From NCBI GenBank assembly GCA_019058275.1, contig JAHLVW010000094.1, positions 1-64,000 of the forward strand: DNA of 64,000 bases. Direction: 5' to 3'. Made by a program: the position numbers and the translations under genes. The notes beneath the pieces are model-generated. The model saw only the letters and a program-made list of their open reading frames with translations, made no database searches and was not told the DNA's origin. This DNA is from Candidatus Heimdallarchaeota archaeon. GTDB lineage: Archaea > Asgardarchaeota > Heimdallarchaeia > JABLTI01. This document shows positions 19,073-29,201 of this stretch, in pieces (within the stretch, counting starts at the first letter, position 1; each line of letters opens with the position of its first letter).

Positions 19073-20413
19073 CTATTTCTCTTTTATTTTTTCATCAAGT
19101 GTTGATTGTGAGTTTTTCTCAATTTGCAATATGCCTAGTAACAAAATGATTGTTGATATACAAACTATTGCTGCAATTAGAAACACCCAAGGATATCCAC
19201 CAAAATTGGATAAGCTTGTGTTTACTTCTTTATTTTCCAACAGCAACCCTTGTATAAAAGTTGCTAGAGGTTTAACTGCTGTACCAAAAACAAAGAACAT
19301 CCCCATAAAACTAGCTACTCGATTTTTCGGAACAATATCAGCTGGTAACGCAATCTGAAGTGTACTTAGGAGAATATTACATGCACCTCCAATAAAGACA
19401 ATGTAAAAAATGGCATTGAAATTTTGCATTGTAGATAGTAGTATGCAAAAAACGGAATAAAGTAAACTAGTTAGAATACTAGCTCTTATTTTGCCGATTT
19501 TATTGATTAACCATAATGCTGGGAACAATAAAATGACAATATAGACTCCCATCAAAATATTACTTGAAAAAGATGCTTTAGTATCGCTAACAATAAATCT
19601 TTCAATTAAAGAATCCACTACTCCAGTTTCAATTAAATGAGAACTAAAAGCCCATAATAGATTTACAATTAAAAGTAGAACCCAAACCACTCCACCATAA
19701 TTCCAAATTAATCCTAGAACATTTCTTAATTGTGAGTTTTCAACTTCTGTTACTTCAAAATAATAATTTTCCTTTGGAATCAAGATAGTAGTAAAAACTC
19801 CTGATATTAGCAATACTAAACCAGTTATTATCCAAATTATCCATGATTGTCCAATATCTATCAATTTTGAAAATAAAATTGCTGCAATTGCAGCACCAAT
19901 TGCACTGAAGATATTAATTGAAATACCTGCTGCTGTTCTTTCTTCTTTTTTGAAAAGATCTGCAACTAAAGCCAGCCATGGTGAATAAGCAGCTCCTAAA
20001 CTAAGATGAAGTAAAACAAAGATTCCTAATAATAAAGGATAAATCACTTGAAGTTTCTTTGTATATTGAGTCATTAGCGGTATTATTAGGAAAAAAGAAG
20101 ATGCGAGTAGTGTACCAATAAAAATCAATGGAGCTCTTTGACCATATCTTGTTTTAATCTTATCACTAATATAACCACCAATAAGCGCTCCAAAACAAAG
20201 TGCTATCAAAGAAATTCCTAGCAAAATGGATATTTTTGTTGCACTTGTAAAACCAATAATTCCCATTATTTGTCTGAAGTTTACGTATTCCAAAGTGGTA
20301 ACAAAATTATAGCCAAAATTAAACAGGCTTGTAGCAAAAAATAACTTGAGTAATCTTCTCGAGAGAGTAGACTTAACTAGTGTTTCAAATGTCTTCTCTT
20401 TCTCAGCGTACAA
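19073..20413 (-). CDS. MFS transporter
   Basis: About 12 TM helices, G.ISD...TR.G.R.P motif A. Confidence 0.88.
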   Translation of the reverse strand: MYAEKEKTFETLVKSTLSRRLLKLFFATSLFNFGYNFVTTLEYVNFRQIMGIIGFTSATKISILLGISLIALCFGALIGGYISDKIKTRYGQRAPLIFIGTLLASSFFLIIPLMTQYTKKLQVIYPLLLGIFVLLHLSLGAAYSPWLALVADLFKKEERTAAGISINIFSAIGAAIAAILFSKLIDIGQSWIIWIITGLVLLISGVFTTILIPKENYYFEVTEVENSQLRNVLGLIWNYGGVVWVLLLIVNLLWAFSSHLIETGVVDSLIERFIVSDTKASFSSNILMGVYIVILLFPALWLINKIGKIRASILTSLLYSVFCILLSTMQNFNAIFYIVFIGGACNILLSTLQIALPADIVPKNRVASFMGMFFVFGTAVKPLATFIQGLLLENKEVNTSLSNFGGYPWVFLIAAIVCISTIILLLGILQIEKNSQSTLDEKIKEK

Positions 20414-20501
20414 CGATAAATTTTGCTCCTCTTAGAACCTTCTCTCTATCACTACCACTTTTACATTATAAAGCTACAAATTAGCTGTTGCTAATCATTA
20501 A

Positions 20502-21002
20502 TTGTTCTACAGCATAAAATACAAAAGCAATAACGTCTTTTTCCTATCGGTGATTAACTTGGCCTTCGATCAATGGTTCTGGGCATTAATCTTAGTAATC
20601 GAAATTTTAGTAGTTACATTAGCTCTTTATCTGAGCATGCGATTTATAACAGGACGTAAGAAGCTAGATGGCAGCTATTTCATGAGGCTTTTGCTGGTAG
20701 CGATTATTCTGGCAGTGGGCGTTACAGCCATTGCAATGGCAATCAATGCAGTGGCAAATCTTGGGTATAATTTTGCACCTATGTTCTATGTATTTCTAAC
20801 AATAGGGTTCATTGTTGTTATAAGATATCTTCTAACAACCCCCCAAGTAATACCCTATAGAGGGGATTCTGCAGACAAGTATTGGCAATGGTCAATTTGG
20901 ATAACGATTATATCTTTATTGATAATTTTCTTGATAGCATTCCTTGTAGAATTGATCTCCGGAGCACTAAACAATCCAATAGATATCTTACCTCACTTTT
21001 AG
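20502..21002 (+). CDS. Four-TM membrane protein (true start probably the TTG near 20559 after GGTGA)
   Basis: Four hydrophobic segments; followed by the hairpin GGGAAAT-TAT-ATTTCCC and a T-run. Confidence 0.7.
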   Translation: MFYSIKYKSNNVFFLSVINLAFDQWFWALILVIEILVVTLALYLSMRFITGRKKLDGSYFMRLLLVAIILAVGVTAIAMAINAVANLGYNFAPMFYVFLTIGFIVVIRYLLTTPQVIPYRGDSADKYWQWSIWITIISLLIIFLIAFLVELISGALNNPIDILPHF

Positions 21003-21150
21003 AATCCATTACGGGAAATTATATTTCCCATTTTCTATTTATTTTAAGACAAAAATTAAGTTTATATTTGTTCGTTCATTTTAACGAAAAGGTAAAAAAA
21101 GAGTTAAAAACCTAAATAACCTTGAATCTGATAAGATTAGAAGAGGATGG

Positions 21151-21585
21151 TTGTTGAAAATGAGCCTAGGAGCTAATAGTTTTGACCCTAATGTTATTCT
21201 TGATTCAACAGTATTGGTATTAGATTCAGGAGAATTACTTTGGTCTCCTAACAGAGGTCATCAAGATAAATGGGATGCAGATGTTCTTTTTGCGGGTTTA
21301 ATGGTTGCTTTAAATCAAATGTTCTCATCGATATACAAAGATAATGTCTACACTATCCAAAGTAAAAATCAAATGTCAATCATTGTTATGTATACCAATC
21401 CTGAGAATAATTGGCATCTAATCGCTCGTAGCAGTTATACAGAGAAAAGTGCTATCTATGATTTGCTTGAAGAGCTTGGAGAAACCCTCACAATAGGTTT
21501 AGGTAGTACTCTCTCTCATGAATCAGCAAACTTAGATATGATTGATTATGTCATTGATAATGTAATTAGCTCATTTTCTGGCTAA
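21151..21585 (+). CDS. Longin-like (profilin-like fold) domain protein
   Basis: VLVLDSGELLWS beta hairpin, D.LFAGLMVALNQM helix, three strands and a terminal helix; this is the longin pattern common in Asgard archaea. Confidence 0.6.
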   Translation: MLKMSLGANSFDPNVILDSTVLVLDSGELLWSPNRGHQDKWDADVLFAGLMVALNQMFSSIYKDNVYTIQSKNQMSIIVMYTNPENNWHLIARSSYTEKSAIYDLLEELGETLTIGLGSTLSHESANLDMIDYVIDNVISSFSG

Positions 21586-21777
21586 ATAAATCGCTTGAAA
21601 TTTTAATGAGAAAAAATCGACAAAATGCTACTTTGTTAAAATCGAAGCAGTTGTGGCGATATCCAAATAATTTTAAATTGATTTTCAAGTATTATTACTA
21701 GACAATTGTAAAACTTATTCTCAATTGTTTTATCCTTAAATAGTCCAATTGAAGACTAATATGGAGGTCTCTGATAA

Positions 21778-22392
21778 ATGTCTGAAGATGAACCACCAAA
21801 AACACCCGAAGTAGAAATGAAAGAAGCAGTTAACCCAGCTGAACTTAAGCAAAAAATTTCTGAACTTGAAAGTAAATTGACCGAGAAAGATTCACAACTT
21901 GAATCTGCAAATAATAATAAGAAAGATCTTGAAGGCGAAATTGCCACTCGAGAGGAAAAAATTGGAAAGCTTAATGATGAGCTAAATAAGGTTAATGAGG
22001 AAATTAAAGCGCTCAAATCAGCTGAAAGCAAAGAAGCAGTTAAAGACTTAGAACATCGTTTATCACAAAAAGAACTCGAGATAACTCGTCTAGAGGGATC
22101 TGTAGAAGACCTAAGCATTGCTAAGAAAAAGATAGAAGATCTTCAAAAAGAATACAAGAAACTTGAGGAAGAAATGCGAGCATTTCAAAAAATTGCCGAA
22201 AATGAACCACGATTCATTATACTCAAAGATCTTCAAGAATTTGGTGAGATGCGCTTAAATCAAGTTTCTATGAAAGCCGGAGTTTCCCCTGCTCAAGCAA
22301 AGAAATGGCTCGAGGAATTGGAACGAGCTGGATTAGTGGAAATTCATGGTGAAGGTCGAGATAGTAATCCACTAGTTTCTGTGAAGAAATAA
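21778..22392 (+). CDS. Coiled-coil protein with C-terminal winged helix
   Basis: About 120 aa of heptad repeat, then PRFIIL..L...GEM....V...AGVSPAQAKKWLEELERAGLVEI; GGAGGT Shine-Dalgarno sequence. Confidence 0.8.
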   Translation: MSEDEPPKTPEVEMKEAVNPAELKQKISELESKLTEKDSQLESANNNKKDLEGEIATREEKIGKLNDELNKVNEEIKALKSAESKEAVKDLEHRLSQKELEITRLEGSVEDLSIAKKKIEDLQKEYKKLEEEMRAFQKIAENEPRFIILKDLQEFGEMRLNQVSMKAGVSPAQAKKWLEELERAGLVEIHGEGRDSNPLVSVKK

Positions 22393-22562
22393 CACTAAGG
22401 CATTAGTATCCGGTTTTTTCTAAAACTTGGATACCTCTTTGTTTTTTTTTATTTGTTGAATTAAGTATTTTTTTTGTTTTCTTTTACCTTTAAACTATTT
22501 TTAAATGTTAAAAAAAATAGACAAAGCAATTATTAACTAGTGTATCTATTATAATTCAATTA

Positions 22563-22615
22563 ACGTACGTACTATAGAATCAGATCTGATAAACTAGTTG
22601 ATATGTTGACTAGTC
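22563..22615. promoter_or_regulatory. Cluster of perfect palindromes upstream of the 775-aa gene
   Basis: ACGTACGT (22563), ATCAGATCTGAT (22579), AACTAGTT (22592), GACTAGTC (22608), then GGAGGT Shine-Dalgarno sequence. Confidence 0.4.
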
Positions 22616-22638
22616 GTTAGGAGGTACTTGAACAGCTA

Positions 22639-24966
22639 ATGTCGAAACTAATCATATCTAGGAGAAGAATGGTTGGTAATTTTGTTCTTATAGCAGTTAT
22701 TTTTGTAACTCAGGTTCTAGGTACCTCCATATATAACAGTCATTCAATCACTTATTCATTCGAAGAAGTTTCTGATGAGGAATTAATTACTAGAATAAAA
22801 TCAGCTACCTCATCATTAACATCACTATTTAATGAGAAAGAAGGCATCTTCTTGTGGAATATTCAAAATCCATCTAATATATCACGTTATGGAGATTTTA
22901 GCGATCTTACTAATAGTGACGAGGGATTGGAAAATCTAGATGTAGAAATATGGATGGATTGTTTAGCTCAAGACATTTTATTACAATACTTTTTACTAAA
23001 ACAAAATGTCAATATTGCACTAGAGTTTGTTGGTGACCAACAAGAAGAATACCTCTTTAATCGTGAATGGATTTTTATGACTGAGCAAATAATTAGCTGG
23101 TTATTCACTAATATTGCTACTAATGACCAGCTTATTTCAATCTTGAATTTGCTTTCCGTTAATGATGATGGATTTGGTGAATTCTGGAATTATCTTATCA
23201 GACCCAAATATCAAAATTATCTCAATGAAAAGATTTCTTTATTGACTGACACTTTGGTTTTAGGCTCAAAAATATTGAAAGCAGTTGATTTTATGCCCTA
23301 TTTTTCTCCATATGAAAAGTTACGAATTTCTCTCCTAACTGAAATTGTTAGCAATTGGTGGAATGCAATAAATCAATATGCTCTTTCAGATCCAAAATTT
23401 GCTGTCGCAGGATTAGGTAAATCAAAGATATATTCTATATCTACAAAATGGGTTGGTTGGAAGGATTTTGGGAAAATGGCTACTAATGAGACCTTTATTG
23501 CTGCAGATTTATATGATGTTGAAAGTGTAGATTTCCAAAATTATCTTTATACTTCACCACAGCTTGCCAATTTATATATTTCATACATTATGAAAGCATC
23601 TATTGACACATCATATGCTTGGAATTATGAGGATTATCCATATGAACAAATAACAGATCCAGTACTGGTTAGCTATATTGAAACTATAACTACAAATTAC
23701 GCTGAACACATAGAAATTGTTGAAAATGAAATCGTTTATGTGATAGAACCTGGATCAGAGTTTTGTTACACACCTTTAGAACAAAAATTCTCAGGATATT
23801 CCTACTATTGGTCTAAATATTTTATTGACAGTCAAGATTCAGAAATGGATTATCATCACTATCGGTATAATTTACCAATGGGTATAACAAAATTAAGATC
23901 TTATCAAGGAGCAGGTGACATCAGGGGATTAATAGATGTATATCATTTACTATCAAATGCATTTGTTGATGATAATACTATTCAGATCGCAGAACATGCA
24001 GCGCATAATATAATTGAGGAAATTCTCAACTCACAAAGAGAGGATAGTAGTTTTGCATTTAGTCCTTATTTTGGAACTTCATTAAATCAAGATATTTTAG
24101 CTGAATCACTAATTAACGATGCAGAAATTATTATGTCTGACAATTTACCAGATGGACTAAATACTTTTACTGGAACAATGACAGTTTTGCACTTTTTACT
24201 TGAAGCCAGTAATACTTTAGAAAGATATGGGGTTGAGAACAATGAACGATTAACTCTCCTGAAAGAACGAGTAGACCAATCATTGGTTTCAGTCGGTGAT
24301 TCGCTTCTTGAAAAAATCGAAGATGCTACGATGGGCATTCCTAAACAAGCTATTGTAGGAACTAATTTGCTTCCTTTATATGGAGGAGAAATCTTCATTG
24401 CAAAACCAGTCAAAGTTACAATTAATTCATTAAGTGATAATTTCATTCATGGAGAAGTGCCAAGCTGGATTTATTCTTATAATAGTTACACTGATATTGG
24501 CAGATCAAAGTTATACCAATGGGATTATTTGACACAACTTAAGGATATATACCTAATAACAAATGATATGAAATATGTTGAACCTATGTTTAAATCACTA
24601 GAACTATTTGCCCTAGATTATCAAGAAGATGAACAATACCAACTTACTGCTATTTGTGAACGCCAAGATGCTATCGCCAGAACATTCTTTACAGAGAGTT
24701 TTGCAGATCAGAACGTAGAATTACAAGATACCACTGGTATATTTGGTAATTCCATTCCATATGTTTATAGAAGCGAGGTTTCCCCAGTAACAAGCGCTTT
24801 TGCTTCAGAAACTCCACAACGAATTATAGCTCTAATACTAAGAATCTTGCCCTTTTTACAATCAATCCTTGATGGTCCAATAAACCAAGTAGTCATTGTT
24901 GGTTTCATTTCTGGACTTATCATTACTATCTCTGTAGTATATTCAAAGCGTCCTAAGTATCAATAA
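22639..24966 (+). CDS. Large extracellular membrane-anchored hypothetical protein
   Basis: N-terminal signal peptide, acidic and aromatic-rich body, C-terminal TM followed by KRPK. Confidence 0.75.
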   Translation: MSKLIISRRRMVGNFVLIAVIFVTQVLGTSIYNSHSITYSFEEVSDEELITRIKSATSSLTSLFNEKEGIFLWNIQNPSNISRYGDFSDLTNSDEGLENLDVEIWMDCLAQDILLQYFLLKQNVNIALEFVGDQQEEYLFNREWIFMTEQIISWLFTNIATNDQLISILNLLSVNDDGFGEFWNYLIRPKYQNYLNEKISLLTDTLVLGSKILKAVDFMPYFSPYEKLRISLLTEIVSNWWNAINQYALSDPKFAVAGLGKSKIYSISTKWVGWKDFGKMATNETFIAADLYDVESVDFQNYLYTSPQLANLYISYIMKASIDTSYAWNYEDYPYEQITDPVLVSYIETITTNYAEHIEIVENEIVYVIEPGSEFCYTPLEQKFSGYSYYWSKYFIDSQDSEMDYHHYRYNLPMGITKLRSYQGAGDIRGLIDVYHLLSNAFVDDNTIQIAEHAAHNIIEEILNSQREDSSFAFSPYFGTSLNQDILAESLINDAEIIMSDNLPDGLNTFTGTMTVLHFLLEASNTLERYGVENNERLTLLKERVDQSLVSVGDSLLEKIEDATMGIPKQAIVGTNLLPLYGGEIFIAKPVKVTINSLSDNFIHGEVPSWIYSYNSYTDIGRSKLYQWDYLTQLKDIYLITNDMKYVEPMFKSLELFALDYQEDEQYQLTAICERQDAIARTFFTESFADQNVELQDTTGIFGNSIPYVYRSEVSPVTSAFASETPQRIIALILRILPFLQSILDGPINQVVIVGFISGLIITISVVYSKRPKYQ

Positions 24967-25090
24967 AAGTCTAATTTTTCCTTAAAATCAGTATAAACAT
25001 CTTCTACTAACAATAGTGCGAAAATTTATAAATAATATCAACCTCGTTAGTTTAGTAGTATCCACTTACTTACGCTAGGAGTAAAGTCAA

Positions 25091-25621
25091 TTGCAATCTT
25101 TCCAAAATGAAATAAATAATTTTCTAAAAAGCATAACTGAAGCTAGGAAGAAGTCCACAACTGATTTGCTTAGAATAGATGAAAATACTATTGCTATGGT
25201 GGGCTTACAATCCATTAAAGTACTTACTATAGCTCAAAAGGAGATGGTAGAGCTTATCTGTGACAATCCTAGAACAGGTGCTCAACTAGCGAAATTAACA
25301 AACAAAACTCCACAATTTATTTCGAAAATTATGAAGACTTTGGTTAAATATGGAATAGTTGATCATATTGAAGCGCCTTTTGGCCCATCCAAATTTTATA
25401 TCCTGAAAGCCAATCTAATAGGTGAAGAAGAGATTGGTAAAGTGAAGGAAGAGGCATTACCAAAGGAACTGCAAGGTGAAATTGATAGACGTGGAGTATT
25501 TGGTAATTTAATGTCATTATCATTCCGTGAAATTTTGGATATGATTAAAGAATTGAATGAGAAAGAAAAACAAAAAGTCCTCGACTTCATTATAGAATAT
25601 TGCCAAGTCGAGGGGGCATAA
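25091..25621 (+). CDS. MarR/winged-helix DNA-binding protein
   Basis: LT.AQ......I..NP.TGAQLAKLTNKTPQFISKIMKTLVKYGIV HTH with wing. Confidence 0.75.
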   Translation: MQSFQNEINNFLKSITEARKKSTTDLLRIDENTIAMVGLQSIKVLTIAQKEMVELICDNPRTGAQLAKLTNKTPQFISKIMKTLVKYGIVDHIEAPFGPSKFYILKANLIGEEEIGKVKEEALPKELQGEIDRRGVFGNLMSLSFREILDMIKELNEKEKQKVLDFIIEYCQVEGA

Positions 25622-26424
25622 ATGAACTGAACGATAAACAGTCTAAATCAGCTAAAACACCCGTTTCTACAAAAGTAGTAAGGGAATCACTTAAATCGAT
25701 CATCTTAAGCGGTGAGAGTGAGCTAGACAAGTTTGTCTCTCACCGTATCCTATACATTTTAGGTTTTTTAACTGGATGGAACACTAGAGTTTTTTCTTTA
25801 GAATTAATACCTATAGTCTATTTCTTTGTTTGGGCAATTGTGCTTTTTGGATTACGTGAAGTCCAATTTGGTTTATTATTCTTAGCATCTAATTTTGTGA
25901 TTGTTTTTTACTTTCTGCTATTGCACACTGTAATTTCATCTTGGAGTAAGATTAAGCACTGGTTTATTAAAAAAGCAAAAAAGAGAAATGGAATAGCAAA
26001 TATGACACTAGAAGATATTAAGTATCTTCTAATTTATACTCGTAAGATTTTTGGTGTAAAAGCTACGATACCTGCAAAAGTTGAAACCGAATTTGATTCA
26101 AATATATTACGGAAATATCTAAAGACAAACAAGAAATGGCAATTTGCGTTGAACATTACAGTCATTGTAGAATTAATGATAATAACAGCTGGAGGAATCT
26201 ATGGATTCATTCAAAAGATAGAAATTTTGGAATGGTTTGTAATTTGGTGGTATCTTATTTTTGTTTTTATTATTCCAATAATTATCTTGATAGTAGGTCT
26301 AGTAGTTTCAAAAGTAAAAATTAATTCATATATTAATATAATTTCTGATGAGAATTTTGATGAAGTCTTAAGAGTTCTGAATGACTTTGAGGTTTTTGGT
26401 GGAAAGTCAGCTAAAATTCCTTAA
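25600..26424 (+). CDS. Hypothetical multi-pass membrane protein
   Basis: 4-5 hydrophobic segments; overlaps the upstream regulator; start codon uncertain. Confidence 0.7.
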   Translation: MPSRGGINELNDKQSKSAKTPVSTKVVRESLKSIILSGESELDKFVSHRILYILGFLTGWNTRVFSLELIPIVYFFVWAIVLFGLREVQFGLLFLASNFVIVFYFLLLHTVISSWSKIKHWFIKKAKKRNGIANMTLEDIKYLLIYTRKIFGVKATIPAKVETEFDSNILRKYLKTNKKWQFALNITVIVELMIITAGGIYGFIQKIEILEWFVIWWYLIFVFIIPIIILIVGLVVSKVKINSYINIISDENFDEVLRVLNDFEVFGGKSAKIP

Positions 26425-26442
26425 TTAATATTTCATCTAATT

Positions 26443-26901
26443 TTATTCATTCTTAATTCTCGTTTTACACCATTCTACTAGTTCTTCTATAGAACATTGT
26501 GCTTTTTTCTGGGACAATTCTGTTAAAGCTTTATTCACTCTCGCTCGATCCAAATTGTCATTAAAAGTATTTTTTCTTGGAGATTGGTAAAACTCATATA
26601 AAGGTAAAATCGCACGTTCATCACCAAAATTACCTAGAGCTATAGCTGCGTTTCTTCTTGTTTCTTCATCTTTGTCTGTGTCAATTGCTCTTACTAATGC
26701 ATCAGCACATTCCTCATCACCAATTCTACCAAGTGCTAATGCTGCTCTCCTTCGTACACTACCTTCTTTATCATTCTCAAGAACATGAATTAAATCTACA
26801 ACAATATCTAGATTGGGAGCTAATGCAAGCTGATCAACAGCTTTCTCACGTATTTTCTTGTCCCTCTTTTTCAAATCTTCTCTTACTTTATCGATATCCA
26901 T
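26443..26901 (-). CDS. HEAT (PBS lyase-like) repeat protein
   Basis: Repeats IREKAVDQLA / VRRRAALALGRIGD / TRRNAAIALGNFGD. Confidence 0.88.
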   Translation of the reverse strand: MDIDKVREDLKKRDKKIREKAVDQLALAPNLDIVVDLIHVLENDKEGSVRRRAALALGRIGDEECADALVRAIDTDKDEETRRNAAIALGNFGDERAILPLYEFYQSPRKNTFNDNLDRARVNKALTELSQKKAQCSIEELVEWCKTRIKNE

Positions 26902-26922
26902 CTAACTCACCAACAATTTTGA

Positions 26923-27699
26923 TTAAATAGGATCACCATGTAATTTCTTCTGTTCTATTTGATGCATTAAACTCATAACAACTTGCAATATCTCTTGAGG
27001 ATCATCAATAATATAATCAGCTGTAAATTCATCTCTAGTTGAAAAACCCCATGTAACACCAATTGTATAGAAATTATGTTTTTTACCTAAATCTATATCG
27101 AATTGATTGTCACCAATGATAATACCATAAGCAATTCCCTTATTTTGAACTAATAAATCAAAATTCTCTTCTTTATTTGAAGAATCAGCTATCACTTCAT
27201 TGAATTGTATGGGAATGCCAAATCTTTGAAAAATTTTAACCCGTTCTTCTGGATCAAGTAATTCAGTTTCATGAGTAACGATTGCTAATTTTGCATTAAC
27301 GATTTTTTGTAAACGCATTAGTACTTCTGGAATTCCTGGAAATGCTCGTACTCCTTCCCAGAATTCTTCTTTGCGAATTTCTTCTAATTTGTTTTTTCCA
27401 ACTATAAGATACTTGAATGGATTAAATTTATACTTCCTCAGTAAAGCTACTTTGCTCATCTTTGGAAAATCTTTATACAAGCTTTTCACTTGATCAGGGG
27501 GAAAATTTCTGCTAAGAAATTTAGTGTAAGTTCTAGATAAAGCATCAACTGTATCAACTAAAGTTCCTGAATAATCAAAAAAAATCCAAGGTGTATCATC
27601 CATTTGGACTTCTTCTATTTCTTCTTGCTCTTCTAATTCCTCTTCAGCTTCTTCCAGAATGACTTCAGTTTCATCAATTGTTTCGTGGTTCTCTTCCAA
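26923..27699 (-). CDS. HAD-superfamily hydrolase (Gph-like) with acidic N-terminus
   Basis: FDYSGTLVD (motif I variant), AIVT, IIGD...DI..G, GVTWG. Confidence 0.85.
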   Translation of the reverse strand: MEENHETIDETEVILEEAEEELEEQEEIEEVQMDDTPWIFFDYSGTLVDTVDALSRTYTKFLSRNFPPDQVKSLYKDFPKMSKVALLRKYKFNPFKYLIVGKNKLEEIRKEEFWEGVRAFPGIPEVLMRLQKIVNAKLAIVTHETELLDPEERVKIFQRFGIPIQFNEVIADSSNKEENFDLLVQNKGIAYGIIIGDNQFDIDLGKKHNFYTIGVTWGFSTRDEFTADYIIDDPQEILQVVMSLMHQIEQKKLHGDPI

Positions 27700-27870
27700 T
27701 TTTCATCACCTTTATGCTCTAAGAAATTCCTTTGGTTTATTCGATTTTAAACTACAAATAAACTTTCGCTTTATATGTAATATTTGTTTACAAATGAAAT
27801 TGCTTTTTGTATATTTTTAAAGAAAAAACACTGTGAGTTATTTCGAGATATTACAAGAGTGTGAAAAATT

Positions 27871-29184
27871 ATGGCTATTAAAAAGAATCAAGATACCGCA
27901 ATTGAGAATTTTCTTGATAAAAACAGTAAGAAGTATGGTATACCTAAAGTAGCATTAAAGGCTTTAAAGGACTTTGGAATTTTTGACGCTAGGGTGCTTA
28001 GCGTTCTAACTGAATCAGAGATTGCTGCTATACCTAATGTTAGTGAGAAAACTGCTGTTGCTTTAGTAAGAGCTGCGGATGATAATTTTAGAGGTCCTTT
28101 ATTTCAAAAAGCTGCCGATCAATCACAACGTCTTCTTCAAAAAAGGAAATTTTTTACAACTGGTTCAGCCAATCTGGATGAGCTTTTAGGAGGAGGAATG
28201 CCAACAAGCGCAATTATTGAGATAAACGGTGAATATCGTACTGGTAAAACACAAACATGTTTGACTTGTTCCGTTACTGCTCAATTGCCTGAAGAGCAAG
28301 GAGGTCTTGGACGACCTGTTATTTACATTGATACCGAGAATTCATTTCAAGCACAGCATATTCAAGAAATTGGTAATCGCTTCAAAATTGATTCAGACAA
28401 TTTATTGAGCAATTTATTTGTTGTTCAAGCAGAGCAATTAAGATATCTAAATCAAGCAATAGATCGCTTACCCGGATACGTTCAAGCTTTAGATCCTGGT
28501 CTTATTGTTATAGATTCACTTATGGCTCCATTTAGAACTGAATTTCATCAGCTCAATTTACTGGCTGTCCGTCAAAAGAAATTGGGTCGATTAATTGGTT
28601 TGTTAAAGAGAATAGCAATAGCTTTCAATACAACAGTTATCTTCACAAATCAAGTTATGGCTAACATTGGACCTTCTGGAAAATTCATTCCAGTAATCGC
28701 AACTGGAGGACATGTTGTTGCGCATGCTTCTGATATCCGAATATTCATGAAGAAGTTGAAAGGTAATCAAAGAAGAGCTAAAATAGATGATTGCGCTTGG
28801 TTGCCAAATGAGCAAACAGAGTATTTTATAACAAAATGGGGAATTGCTGACGATGAGAATCCTACTGAAAAAGACATTGAAGTAGACATACAGATAGAAC
28901 AAGAACCTGAAGCAGTAGAAAGTCCTTTGATGGATGGCCTGAATGAAGCTACTGAGTTTCAAACTGAAAAGGTAAAATCAACAAAATCAAAGTCTAAAGC
29001 TAAAAAAGCAACTCCAGAGACAGAAGCTAAAGAACCAATAGACGAAACTATTATTGATAATCCTCTTCTTGATTTAGAGGAAAATTTGGTTACTATTGAA
29101 GAAAATGAACAAAAAGCAGAAGCTCAAACAAAGCAAAAAACAAAACCAAAATCCGCGAGAAAAAAATCAAAAGTTCCCGCTTAA
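27871..29184 (+). CDS. radA: RadA/Rad51-family recombinase with long C-terminal extension
   Basis: N-terminal HhH domain, FQKA polymerisation motif, TTGS..LD.LLGGG, GEYRTGKTQ, YIDTE..F, LIVIDS, TNQV, GGHVVAHAS. Confidence 0.88.
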   Translation: MAIKKNQDTAIENFLDKNSKKYGIPKVALKALKDFGIFDARVLSVLTESEIAAIPNVSEKTAVALVRAADDNFRGPLFQKAADQSQRLLQKRKFFTTGSANLDELLGGGMPTSAIIEINGEYRTGKTQTCLTCSVTAQLPEEQGGLGRPVIYIDTENSFQAQHIQEIGNRFKIDSDNLLSNLFVVQAEQLRYLNQAIDRLPGYVQALDPGLIVIDSLMAPFRTEFHQLNLLAVRQKKLGRLIGLLKRIAIAFNTTVIFTNQVMANIGPSGKFIPVIATGGHVVAHASDIRIFMKKLKGNQRRAKIDDCAWLPNEQTEYFITKWGIADDENPTEKDIEVDIQIEQEPEAVESPLMDGLNEATEFQTEKVKSTKSKSKAKKATPETEAKEPIDETIIDNPLLDLEENLVTIEENEQKAEAQTKQKTKPKSARKKSKVPA

Positions 29185-29193
29185 AGCGGGAGC
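29173..29193 (+). terminator. GC-rich hairpin over the radA stop codon
   Basis: GTTCCCGCT-TAA-AGCGGGAGC. Confidence 0.5.
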
Positions 29194-29201
29194 CCTTAGT
29201 T

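Noticed and set aside
21756-22118. Antisense or alternative-frame ORFs in the track (for example 4519..4872, 7895..8221, 21756..22118, 36047..36484, 54040..54459)
   Set aside because: They shadow well-supported genes and show no motifs
22393-22638. Replication origin
   Set aside because: AT-rich with palindromes, but no ORB-type repeats or adjacent cdc6/orc1 gene
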